Of a DNA stretch of 64,000 nucleotides, positions 53,798 through 62,322 are shown in pieces. The notes under the pieces were generated by a model. It had not been told where the DNA came from. It ran no database searches and was given only the letters and a program-made list of their open reading frames with translations. This stretch comes from Candidatus Falkowbacteria bacterium. Lineage in GTDB: Bacteria > Patescibacteriota > Patescibacteriia > Patescibacteriales > UBA12465. The stretch is from assembly GCA_016432645.1 (NCBI GenBank), contig CP066698.1, positions 453,062 through 517,061 on the forward strand. Reading direction: 5' to 3'. The stretch's first letter is position 1; every line of letters starts with the position of its first letter. A program made the translations under genes and the position numbers.

Positions 53798-55014
53798 ATT
53801 TTTATTTTATCCTTCATAATTTGAAGCGTTTTATTAAAATCATTTCTATCATTGGCGTCAATCGGCTTTCCTGGAGGCAATATCTCTTTTGCGGGATTGA
53901 TATTAACACCGTTTTTTGACATTTCCAAATGCAAGTGCGGTCCAGTGGAAAATCCAGTGGATCCAACATAACCAATTACCTGACCCTGACTCACACGTTC
54001 ACCTTTTTTGACTAGTATTTTTGATTGATGAGCATAAAGAGTTGAATAAACACCATCATGTTTAATTTTAGTCATATTACCATAACCGACCGTACTCCAA
54101 CCAGCAGACACAACGACGCCATCACCAACCGCCCTGATTGGCGTTCCGGCTGAGGCGACATAATCAACTGCTTGATGTTTTGTCGCTAAACCAAATTTAT
54201 CAACATACCTCTTGCCCAGAGTAAAAGGCGATGAAATATATCTGAATGACAAAGGCGCACGCAAGAACTTTTTTTGCACCGCATTGCCGTTCTCATCGTA
54301 ATAGTCATAACCGCCAGTAGAAGTTTTGTAATAAAAAGATTGATGCAATTTTTCGCCATTCAAATAAGCACCAGCCAAAACTCGCCCAGGCATCACATAT
54401 TTCCCGTCGCGATAGCGTTCTTCATAGATAAATTTGTATTTATCTCCTTCTCGTGGGTCATTAGCAAAATCAATACTGTATTCCAAACTTTCAGCAAACT
54501 GAATAACCACTTTTTCGTCAGCACCCTGCTTTAAAGCTGATTCATAGAGAGATCCGTTCAGTTGCCCCTCAATCACCTTCTCCATAATTTCGTAATCAAT
54601 CGTATTAATTGCCGATTGCCAATCTTCATTATTTTCTCGGCTGATTATCAACTCTCGTTCGTCGTCAATATTATAAATTATCTTAACGAGATTGCCATTC
54701 TCATCGTTATTAAAAAGAAATTCGTGGCCAATTTTTAGATCAGCTAAATCGTAGATCGGTTTGACTTTTTCATAAAGATTAAGAGCGGATTTTTCATCTA
54801 TGTTAGCCTTTAAAGCAACTACGCTAAAAACATCACCTTCTTCAACTATAATCTTAAAGCCGTTGGCATTATTTTTCAGTCCTTCTCCCTTGACCGCCAC
54901 GACTCCTGGCTTAGCTTCCTTTATCGGGTTACTATTTGCTTCGTCCTTAAATATAAAAACTGATATAGGAATCATTAGGACAACCAATATAATATATAAT
55001 TTTTTTCTATTCAT
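53794..55014 (-). CDS. M23-family peptidoglycan metalloendopeptidase
   Basis: HQAVDY...GTPIRAVGDGVV...GYGNMTKIKH...YAHQS...GSTGFSTGPHLHLEM. ATGA overlap with the downstream gene at 53794-53797. Confidence 0.85.
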   Translation of the reverse strand: MNRKKLYIILVVLMIPISVFIFKDEANSNPIKEAKPGVVAVKGEGLKNNANGFKIIVEEGDVFSVVALKANIDEKSALNLYEKVKPIYDLADLKIGHEFLFNNDENGNLVKIIYNIDDERELIISRENNEDWQSAINTIDYEIMEKVIEGQLNGSLYESALKQGADEKVVIQFAESLEYSIDFANDPREGDKYKFIYEERYRDGKYVMPGRVLAGAYLNGEKLHQSFYYKTSTGGYDYYDENGNAVQKKFLRAPLSFRYISSPFTLGKRYVDKFGLATKHQAVDYVASAGTPIRAVGDGVVVSAGWSTVGYGNMTKIKHDGVYSTLYAHQSKILVKKGERVSQGQVIGYVGSTGFSTGPHLHLEMSKNGVNINPAKEILPPGKPIDANDRNDFNKTLQIMKDKIKI

Positions 55015-55016
55015 AT

Positions 55017-56222
55017 CTAAAGTAATTTTAATATTAACTCTAAGTTTTTCAAAAAAATATCAGCCTCATCCAAGGTATTATAAAAATAGAGTGAAACCCT
55101 GGCGGAGTTAAATATTTTTTTATCATTGAACCACGAATGGACACAATGCTGTCCTGATCGAATCATAATATTCGCCATCTCATCAAGCATTAAAGCGAAC
55201 TTATGCATATCAACGCCATCAATGTAAAAAGAAATAATACCAGAGCGCAAAGCCGGGTCTACTGGGCCAACAATCTTAATCTTCGGCCACTTTCTTAAGC
55301 CGTCCGTAATATAACTGTTTAATTTCAATTCCTGCTCTTTTATTTTATCAAACCCGATTATTTCAATATATTTTACCGCCTCACCTAGACCAATTATACC
55401 GGCATAATCCTGTAATCCGGCTTCAAATTTCTCTGGCGCTTCAAGCATTTTATAATCGGCATAAGTCGAATATTCAACCGTATTACCACCGACCATAAAT
55501 GGTTCAAACTTTTCCAATAAATCATGCTTAGCATAAAACACCCCCGTGCCAGTCGGTCCAAGCATCTTATGACCGGAGAAAGCTAAAAAATCTACATCTA
55601 AATTTTTAACGTCAACTTTTTGATGTGCTATACCTTGCGCCACATCCAAAAAAACCAAGGCTCCATGCTCATGAGCAATTTTAATTATTTCCTTAGCCGG
55701 AATGGTTGTGCCATCTAAATTAGAGGTTAATACCATGGCCACCAATTTGACTCCATCTATATTTTTCTTGTAGCTATCAAGATCAAATGTTTCATCTTCT
55801 TTTGACCTAATTATTTGATGTTTAATGCCTTTCTTTTTGACAAGCGCCAGCCATGGAACTAAATTTGAATTATGTTCCTTGTCAGTAGACAATACAATGT
55901 CGCCAGCCTTAAAGTCAAAAGAATTAGCCAATAAATTTATGCCTTCAGTCGTATTTCTGGTAAAAACAATTTCATTCTCATTAGCATTGATAAAACGCGC
56001 GATGGAGATTCTTGCTTCCTTGACCTTTTTGGTAACTATTTCCCCAAATTTATGGTGACTCCGACCAGCGCAAGCTGGATACTCATAATAATATTCGTCC
56101 ATCGCTTCAATTATCTGCCGGGGCTTCAAACTCATGCAAGCATTATCAAAATAAACAATTCGTCTGCCTTTGATTTCTTTGCTAAGAATTGGAAAATCAT
56201 ATTTTATTTTTTCTATATCCAT
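55017..56222 (-). CDS. Class V aminotransferase-fold cysteine desulfurase (SufS/CsdA-like)
   Basis: PLP lysine in FSGHKMLGPTGTGVFY and the catalytic Cys loop RSGQHCVHSW. No sufBCDE or iscU is adjacent. Confidence 0.75.
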   Translation of the reverse strand: MDIEKIKYDFPILSKEIKGRRIVYFDNACMSLKPRQIIEAMDEYYYEYPACAGRSHHKFGEIVTKKVKEARISIARFINANENEIVFTRNTTEGINLLANSFDFKAGDIVLSTDKEHNSNLVPWLALVKKKGIKHQIIRSKEDETFDLDSYKKNIDGVKLVAMVLTSNLDGTTIPAKEIIKIAHEHGALVFLDVAQGIAHQKVDVKNLDVDFLAFSGHKMLGPTGTGVFYAKHDLLEKFEPFMVGGNTVEYSTYADYKMLEAPEKFEAGLQDYAGIIGLGEAVKYIEIIGFDKIKEQELKLNSYITDGLRKWPKIKIVGPVDPALRSGIISFYIDGVDMHKFALMLDEMANIMIRSGQHCVHSWFNDKKIFNSARVSLYFYNTLDEADIFLKNLELILKLL

Positions 56223-56240
56223 ATTTAACAGGTTAGGAAT

Positions 56241-56843
56241 TTAATGTTTACCGCAACCACAACCTCCACCTTTAGCCGCTCCACATCCAGAACTTCCGCA
56301 ATTTCCGTTACAGTCACCCTTTGGTAAATTATCATTCGTATTGGCCAATGCTGTCCCAGAAGGTTGTAAACCATCTTCAGTTATTACAAACTTACCCCAA
56401 ACCATTCTCATCCCGCAAGAAAATCTGATTTCATTCTCGCCATCGGGAGCTAAAAATTCAATAACATTCTTTCCAACCTCCAAACTCTTACTTATCCCCA
56501 GGGACTCAATCATAATCTCGTTCGTGCAACCGGTCATCTGCTTAACATCAATATTCCAACGCACGGGAATTCCTTTTTTGATGTAAATTACATTTGGACT
56601 ATAACCATCGTAAGTGAGAGTCATGGACACCTCCTGAAATTTACTTTTATCAACCGATGCAATGTTACTCGAGCCTGTAGAATTAACGGATTTAACAAAA
56701 CCAAAACCGTTAAATGCAAAAGCAGATAGTGTTATTACTATTAAAGCCAACGAGATATAAACAAGCTTAAAATTACCCGTTCTTGCTCTTTCGACTATTC
56801 GATGTAAGCCTCCGCCAAATATTTTTTTAATTTTATTCATCAT
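56241..56843 (-). CDS. Membrane-anchored cupredoxin-like (PF13473-type) protein with a Cys/Gly-rich tail
   Basis: ..IKKGIPVRWNIDVKQMTGCTNEI...IRFSCGMRMVWGKFVI.. and the tail GDCNGNCGSSGCGAAKGGGCGCGKH. Confidence 0.6.
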   Translation of the reverse strand: MMNKIKKIFGGGLHRIVERARTGNFKLVYISLALIVITLSAFAFNGFGFVKSVNSTGSSNIASVDKSKFQEVSMTLTYDGYSPNVIYIKKGIPVRWNIDVKQMTGCTNEIMIESLGISKSLEVGKNVIEFLAPDGENEIRFSCGMRMVWGKFVITEDGLQPSGTALANTNDNLPKGDCNGNCGSSGCGAAKGGGCGCGKH

Positions 56844-56866
56844 ACTATTAACAATTTAGCCTAATC

Positions 56867-56900
56867 AATCAGTCGAGGAACAACTCGCCCCCGACTGATT
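56867..56900. promoter_or_regulatory. Inverted repeat AATCAGTCG-N16-CGACTGATT in the intergenic region
   Basis: 9-bp perfect arms with no U-run. It lies between the GILT-like stop and the cupredoxin start. Confidence 0.25.
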
Positions 56901-56912
56901 GAAATTATATTA

Positions 56913-57932
56913 TTATTGACCGCAACCGGCAGCAGCCGCTCCAGATGACGGCGCTGCTCCTGCACCAAATCCTGGCGCTGGGGAGTCGCTGGATAATTCA
57001 GTTGAACATTCCTTTGGGGGATTATTGAAAGCTGAACAAATCGACTTTAATAAGCTCTTGCTATCACGACCACTGTTACTTTGTGTGCCATTAATAACCA
57101 GGGTCGGAGAACCGCCCACGTTATATTTTTCATTATCAGATTTAAAAATTTCAAATCCGGCATAACTACCCTTAAAGCCAGCTTTGTTATTGAAATTTTC
57201 AAGTACTTTAAACTCTTTATCTGTTTTTGCAATACAGCCATTTAACTTATTCTTGTCAATTTTGGCATTACTGAGACAACTCTCAATACCGCTATCACCA
57301 TCTTTAGTAAAACATCCTAAATATGCCATATACTTATCAGATTGTTCCTTTTGAATACAGTACTGGCTCAGCTGTTCTTTGAGCTCCTTTTCACCATGCA
57401 TAGCATAATCATTAAACTTGATTTTGAAATCAATCTTGTCCCCCAAGGTCTTTGCCACTGGGATAATTCCTTTTTCCATTTGCAGACCATAGGGACAATG
57501 GCTCATTACGAATAACTCAACTTTCGGTTTGTCAGATTTTTCCTCTACTACATCAGCTACTGGTTCCGAATCGGTTTTAGTATTTGGGGTATCATTTTCA
57601 GCCGTTTTGTCTCCAACAATATCCATGACTTGCGGAAAAAATCTTTTGCCGTCTTTGGAAATATAGGATGGGATATTTTGTCCATTATATTCAATATCCA
57701 GCTTGTAAAAATCTCCGTCCTTGCCAACCACTTTAACCGTTGCTTTACCTTGTTGTATCAATTCGGAGTTAACATAGTCCGCCGCTTTTGTTTTGATTTC
57801 TTCTTCCGGAAGCCATGTTGATCTTTCTTTCTGAGCATTAGCGGTGTATACCGCAAATCCCACGATACTTGCCAATGCTATTCCAGCCAGCAAACCAGTC
57901 AAAACTTGTTTGTTTACAATTGTTTTATTCAT
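56913..57932 (-). CDS. Membrane-anchored GILT/DsbA-like thioredoxin-fold protein (CPYG monothiol)
   Basis: ELFVMSHCPYG at the active-site position. AMHGEKELKEQLSQYC resembles the GILT signature CQHGxxECxxNxxxxC. Also ..GGSPTLVINGT.. and a C-terminal Ala/Gly/Ser tail ending in CGQ. Confidence 0.55.
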   Translation of the reverse strand: MNKTIVNKQVLTGLLAGIALASIVGFAVYTANAQKERSTWLPEEEIKTKAADYVNSELIQQGKATVKVVGKDGDFYKLDIEYNGQNIPSYISKDGKRFFPQVMDIVGDKTAENDTPNTKTDSEPVADVVEEKSDKPKVELFVMSHCPYGLQMEKGIIPVAKTLGDKIDFKIKFNDYAMHGEKELKEQLSQYCIQKEQSDKYMAYLGCFTKDGDSGIESCLSNAKIDKNKLNGCIAKTDKEFKVLENFNNKAGFKGSYAGFEIFKSDNEKYNVGGSPTLVINGTQSNSGRDSKSLLKSICSAFNNPPKECSTELSSDSPAPGFGAGAAPSSGAAAAGCGQ

Positions 57933-57964
57933 AAAATTTATTAATATTTAGTATTTAGTCAATT

Positions 57965-57993
57965 AAAAAACCGCCAAAACAATAGTATGGCAG
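57965..57993 (-). terminator. Rho-independent terminator
   Basis: The minus strand reads CTGCCA-(10 nt)-TGGCGG followed by TTTTTT. Confidence 0.6.
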
Positions 57994-58008
57994 TTTAAAA
58001 CTAAATTA

Positions 58009-58389
58009 TTAATAAATTTTTGGATGCAATACGCCCTTGGCGAACAAATCAATTAATCTGTTATAATCGGAAGAATAATTTCTGATAAGAGTTTTAAACC
58101 GCAAACAGAACTGCAATAATACCGAACTGCGATTAAGCAATGAGACAAAAACAAAAAGTAAAACAATCAACTGCATCAAAGTCTGGTTATCTCTGACTGT
58201 GGCCGTTAAAAAATTGGCTCTTTCCGCCAAATGATTGCTTATGTCCTCATTAATGCAATTTCCATCGCTACATACCTGGTTTTGTGGCACAAAAAAACAA
58301 CCATCTGGCAAACAAATTTGCTGATTACTTATAACAACAAAAAGAGACGCTATTATAGATAAAATTGTTGTAATATAAAATTTTTTCAT
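58009..58389 (-). CDS. Small secreted/membrane Cys-containing protein, unknown function
   Basis: 126 aa with a signal-like N-terminus, five Cys in 30 aa (CLPDGCFFVPQNQVCSDGNC) and a C-terminal TM. Confidence 0.45.
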   Translation of the reverse strand: MKKFYITTILSIIASLFVVISNQQICLPDGCFFVPQNQVCSDGNCINEDISNHLAERANFLTATVRDNQTLMQLIVLLFVFVSLLNRSSVLLQFCLRFKTLIRNYSSDYNRLIDLFAKGVLHPKIY

Positions 58390-58865
58390 TATATCTTTAT
58401 TTTCTAAAACTTTAAATTTACTATTCTATCTGCCTACATTTTCATATAAATTCTAGCATCTTTTATACAAAATACCAAGGGTTACCGTAATAATAATGTC
58501 TATATAAAACTAGAGCTTTTTATAAACAAAAACAGAGCCTCAAAAAGCTCTATTTTCAAACTACCTCGTGCTAGCACGATGTTGCGGGGTGTTAGGGGGC
58601 GCTATTCGAACTAATTTAGATTAAACAATGTAATATTAAGCAAAAGATTTTATGGGGTAGACTATTTTTCTATTTTTGGCTATAATTGTCTTATATATGC
58701 TCAACAAAACACTTATTAAATTTAAACGTATCTCGGAAAATCATCCTATATATACAGCTTATCCAAATAAAGAGATGCCAACTAGTAGCAATATAGATAG
58801 TATTAATATTGCTACAATAGAAAAATATCCGAAATTTTCCAGTAGAATGAGTTTAAACAGTTCTA

Positions 58866-59990
58866 TTACCCTATAACGTCTTTTGTAAACACTAAGCCAT
58901 TTGATGATTCAAATAATTTTAATGCTATTTTACTGAATCCGGTAATATTTCCAGATTTATCATATATCGGGTCAAGGGTATTTCTCACTACCTCTAAAGA
59001 TCTAATGGCTAATTCTTGAAGTTTATTTTCAATGACGACAGTTTGTTCGTCATTTTTTTGTTCATCCTCAATAAAATGATTTTTAAATTTTTGTACAAAT
59101 TTATTCATACAATATTTACAATCCTTTATATCTTCATAATAAATCGGTCTGCCATGCGAATATGAAGCACTGTGTTCAGTAAATATTTTTAATTCGTCTT
59201 TTAGTTCACCATTTTCGCCATATTCATTTTTGAGGTTTGGATTTGTGTATATTCTTTTTTCTATAATATCTCCCGTATGTTTAATAGCTGTCTCAGCTCT
59301 TTTTATGGCAATGGGGTCATATTTTGACAACAATATAATATCTGCTTCATTTGGTTTATTAAAGAAAAGTTTCTTTTTACATTCACGATATTGCTGAGAA
59401 CCGTAATATATCTGATGAGCTGAATCACGTATTATTTCTCCATTGGGAGCATAAACAACTATTTGTGGGTCAACTGGGCCAAGTTCTGCACATTCACAAA
59501 GCAATATTTTACTTGAACCAAGGGCAAATAATGTAGCAGCACTTTTTGCTTGCTGGACTATTATTGTACGAAAATCAAAATTAGTACCATTTGCAGTTCG
59601 TGTTTGGCAAATTTTTATCATTTTTTCAGAGGCATCCGTTAATCCTCCAGGACTATTTATCAAAATATCTACTTTATTTAAATTATTTGAAATTAAAAAA
59701 TCCTCAATTATATGAGCGTCTCTGTCCGAAATCATTCCATTTATCGAAAAATACGTCAAAAGTCTTCTACCGGTAAAATCTTCTATATCTTTTATAAGTT
59801 TGGCTCTAATTGAATCAGGATTTTTTTCTTGGAGTTGTGCTTTTAAGCCAGAAATACTTTGGCTAATCCCAGCTTTAACCTCGGCATTATCCGTATTATT
59901 AAACTGTTTTTCTAGCTCTAATATTTGCTGCTGCAAGATATTAATATCTCCGCTATCTTTAATTATTTTTCCAAGCACAGTGTTTCTCAT
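58866..59990 (-). CDS. SDH-family (PF01972-type) Clp-fold serine protease
   Basis: DILINSPGGLTDASEKMIKI...QQAKSAATLFALGSSKILLCECAELGPVDPQ matches the serine dehydrogenase proteinase pattern. The gene is very AT-rich. Confidence 0.65.
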   Translation of the reverse strand: MRNTVLGKIIKDSGDINILQQQILELEKQFNNTDNAEVKAGISQSISGLKAQLQEKNPDSIRAKLIKDIEDFTGRRLLTYFSINGMISDRDAHIIEDFLISNNLNKVDILINSPGGLTDASEKMIKICQTRTANGTNFDFRTIIVQQAKSAATLFALGSSKILLCECAELGPVDPQIVVYAPNGEIIRDSAHQIYYGSQQYRECKKKLFFNKPNEADIILLSKYDPIAIKRAETAIKHTGDIIEKRIYTNPNLKNEYGENGELKDELKIFTEHSASYSHGRPIYYEDIKDCKYCMNKFVQKFKNHFIEDEQKNDEQTVVIENKLQELAIRSLEVVRNTLDPIYDKSGNITGFSKIALKLFESSNGLVFTKDVIG

Positions 59991-60077
59991 GTTTTTTGTA
60001 AAATAAACTTTTATTAAATTATTTTATATATATACTATAGTATTTTAAGCCAAATAAATCAATTTATCTTTCTCTTC

Positions 60078-60106
60078 TTGCCTTTCGTTTTTGTTTCGTT
60101 TATAAT
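60078..60106 (+). promoter_or_regulatory. lexA promoter: -35 TTGCCT, 17-nt spacer, -10 TATAAT, with the direct repeat TTTCGTTT x2 in the spacer
   Basis: TTGCCT-ttcgtttttgtttcgtt-TATAAT. The 8-bp repeat copies are 11 bp apart. Confidence 0.6.
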
Positions 60107-60131
60107 ACCAATATAACAAACAAATATAACT

Positions 60132-60743
60132 ATGTCTACACTCACTAAAAAACAAAAACAAATTTACGATTTTATCCGTGAATACACGGGAAAATACGGC
60201 TATGCCCCCTCCCTAACAGAGATTGGAAGCGAATTCGGAGTATCGACTGTCTCGACTATTCACAAGCATATTTCCAATCTTATTGAGAAAGGGCTCGTTA
60301 AAAGAATAAGGGGGGTAGCTCGAAGTATTGAGCTTGTCGGCAAGCAAACGGTCGATTTTATGGCTATACCGATTATCGGAACTATTGCCGCCGGCAAGCC
60401 TATTGAAGCCATAGAAGTGCCCGACGATGTCGTGGAGATAGCCAAAGACAGGCGTTTCCAAGATGGCGATCTTTACGCTCTGCGAGTTAAAGGTAATTCA
60501 ATGATAGGCGACGGCATATTCGACGGAGATATTGCTATCATCAAAAAACAAGAGTGGGCCGATAACGGCGATACCGCCGTGGCGATCATCGACGATAACG
60601 AGGCCACGCTCAAAAAGTTTTACAAAGAGAAAGGTCGAATAAGACTGCAGCCGGCCAATCCCACCTTCCAACCGATATTTCGCAAACATATAGAAATAAG
60701 AGGAATAGCGGTGAAAATAATCCGAGACCTGGCGAGATATTAA
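60132..60743 (+). CDS. lexA: LexA-type repressor (S24 peptidase)
   Basis: LexA winged-helix N-terminus (LTKKQKQIYDFIREY..GYAPSLTEIG..FGVS..STIHKHISNLIEKGLVKR), an Ala-Gly cleavage site (IAAGKP), the Ser in GNSM and the Lys in TLKKF. Confidence 0.85.
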   Translation: MSTLTKKQKQIYDFIREYTGKYGYAPSLTEIGSEFGVSTVSTIHKHISNLIEKGLVKRIRGVARSIELVGKQTVDFMAIPIIGTIAAGKPIEAIEVPDDVVEIAKDRRFQDGDLYALRVKGNSMIGDGIFDGDIAIIKKQEWADNGDTAVAIIDDNEATLKKFYKEKGRIRLQPANPTFQPIFRKHIEIRGIAVKIIRDLARY

Positions 60744-60762
60744 TTAAATATGTTGAGTTCCG

Positions 60763-60793
60763 CGCCCTGCCTTAACGGGCGGGCGTATTTTTT
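60763..60793 (+). terminator. Rho-independent terminator of lexA
   Basis: GC-rich stem cgccc(t)gcc / ggcgggcg followed by tatttttt. Confidence 0.7.
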
Positions 60794-60859
60794 ATGATTT
60801 GTTATTAACCGTCTTTATTTTTTCTTTAGAAAAAGTTTAGCTTTTCTTTATTCTCAAAA

Positions 60860-60868
60860 TGTTAAAAT
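60860..60868 (+). promoter_or_regulatory. Extended -10-like TGTTAAAAT
   Basis: 27 nt upstream of the ATG at 60895. Confidence 0.35.
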
Positions 60869-60894
60869 ATATATAAAAGTTAAAACATATTTTT

Positions 60895-61695
60895 ATGAAT
60901 TTGACATCGGAAAAAATTAAAGAAACGCTTACGCAACTTACGGAGCTTTTTCATCTTGAAAAAAACATTTTTCAAAAATTCGTTATCATTCATAAGTATG
61001 TCGATTTTTTAAATAAGACTCCGATAACAAAAGAGGCTCTGCAAACAATCTTCGACGATAGTGCCGCAACTATGGGCGATATTTATGAAAACTTACCGAA
61101 CAAGGAGGCTAGAAATAAGATACGCGGCAAAAAGTTTTGGATGTATTATTCCGATTTGGAAATGATTCACGATATAATGGGCGAATTTAAAGTCGGCAAA
61201 ACCTCCGAAAGAACTGAATTTGATAACCTTTGCCAAGATTTTTCCGAACCTTATTCCGAGGAAATACTGGAACTCGCTTTTAAAGTGGTTAACTGCCACG
61301 TGTTTAATCGGCTTGATCAAGAGTCGTTTTTAAATGAAAAGAAAAAAGACGGAAAAACTTGGTTTGACGAAAAAAATAGTATTTTATACATAAAAGGCGA
61401 GAGAGTAATGATTAATAATCATGATAAAATTACAAACGCCCACAAAATTCTAAATTATATTTTTACGACCAATAAAGACAATTTGGAAGACGATTTTTTT
61501 TATTCCGAAATCGCTTTTGAAGAATTTGAAGATATGGAATATAAAGAAGATAAATGTGCTTGGCGGAAATATTTTACCGCGTGCCAAGAAATAAAAAATA
61601 AAATCATTAAATGTACCAAGAATAAGGTGGATAACTTTTTATTGTTTAATTCGGGACAAAAAGGAAGAGTGAAAATAAATTTTGAGTATCTTTAA
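60895..61695 (+). CDS. Hypothetical protein (266 aa)
   Basis: AT-rich ORF with its own terminator. No HUH or other motif recognised. Confidence 0.45.
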   Translation: MNLTSEKIKETLTQLTELFHLEKNIFQKFVIIHKYVDFLNKTPITKEALQTIFDDSAATMGDIYENLPNKEARNKIRGKKFWMYYSDLEMIHDIMGEFKVGKTSERTEFDNLCQDFSEPYSEEILELAFKVVNCHVFNRLDQESFLNEKKKDGKTWFDEKNSILYIKGERVMINNHDKITNAHKILNYIFTTNKDNLEDDFFYSEIAFEEFEDMEYKEDKCAWRKYFTACQEIKNKIIKCTKNKVDNFLLFNSGQKGRVKINFEYL

Positions 61696-61769
61696 TATAA
61701 GATAAAAAATACCTAAAATCTACAGGTAAATCTTCAGGTGAAGTTTCCTGTAAGCCACTTTCATACAAT

Positions 61770-61798
61770 AGCCTCATAACGATTATGAGGCTTTTTTT
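61770..61798 (+). terminator. Strong rho-independent terminator
   Basis: agcctcataa-cga-ttatgaggct followed by ttttttt. Confidence 0.85.
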
Positions 61799-61878
61799 AT
61801 TAAGTCCCAAAACCGCTATCGCCCAGTAAAGGTCGAGGCGCAAAAATTTATTAATAAACAAAATTAACATCTGCAATT

Positions 61879-62151
61879 ATGTTTTATATCAAAGGAACAA
61901 TAAAAGACGACAAGATAGAAAACTTCACCCGCAAAGACGGGACACCCGGTCAAAAGCGGTTGCTTTACATCGAGCCGTTAAACAGCATTTATCCGATAAC
62001 CGTTAATGTGCCTCTAAACAAGGACTACGGCAAAATCGGCGCCAAGGTGGAAGTCGAGGTAAAAGTTTACCCCTTCTCTTTTGTCAACAAAGAGCGTCAA
62101 AGGGCTTTTCTTTCGGTTTACGTGCCAGAGGAAGAAACCGATAAAAAATAG
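61879..62151 (+). CDS. Small OB-like protein, candidate filamentous-phage ssDNA-binding protein (g5p position and size)
   Basis: 90 aa. MFYIKGTIK..FTRKDGTPGQKRLLYIEPLNSIYPITVNVPL parallels M13 g5p (87 aa; MIKVEIK..FTTRSG..YVDLGNEYPVLVKITL, recalled). It lies immediately upstream of tiny TM ORFs and a coat-like gene. Confidence 0.4.
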   Translation: MFYIKGTIKDDKIENFTRKDGTPGQKRLLYIEPLNSIYPITVNVPLNKDYGKIGAKVEVEVKVYPFSFVNKERQRAFLSVYVPEEETDKK

Positions 62152-62159
62152 ATAATCAT

Positions 62160-62321
62160 ATGGATATTATAATCGCCACCACAACCGCGACTTCGACGAT
62201 TTACCGCCTGACCGACGAGGCCTTAAATCTCCTTAACTTCAACTATCAGTTTTGGACGTTCGTTGTTTGCGTTGCCTTGGGATTCGCCGTGATATTTTTA
62301 ATTCTTAACATCTTCGACTAA
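62160..62321 (+). CDS. 53-aa single-TM ORF (minor-coat size class)
   Basis: Own translation: MDIIIATTTATSTIYRLTDEALNLLNFNYQFWTFVVCVALGFAVIFLILNIFD. Below the track length cutoff. It starts 9 nt after the previous stop. Confidence 0.4.
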   Translation: MDIIIATTTATSTIYRLTDEALNLLNFNYQFWTFVVCVALGFAVIFLILNIFD

Positions 62322-62322
62322 T

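Noticed and set aside
58581-58615. tRNA-like fragment (GCGGGGTG... and ..TTCGAAC..) as an att-site remnant
   Set aside because: No T-arm stem flanks the TTCGAA, and there is no match to the tRNA-Ser in the window. It cannot be supported without a genome-wide tRNA comparison.
60032-60043. Palindrome ATACTATAGTAT as a LexA box in the lexA/protease divergent region
   Set aside because: Its spacing does not fit any LexA-box class I know. It sits in a TATA-rich run where such palindromes arise easily. I mention it only as context.
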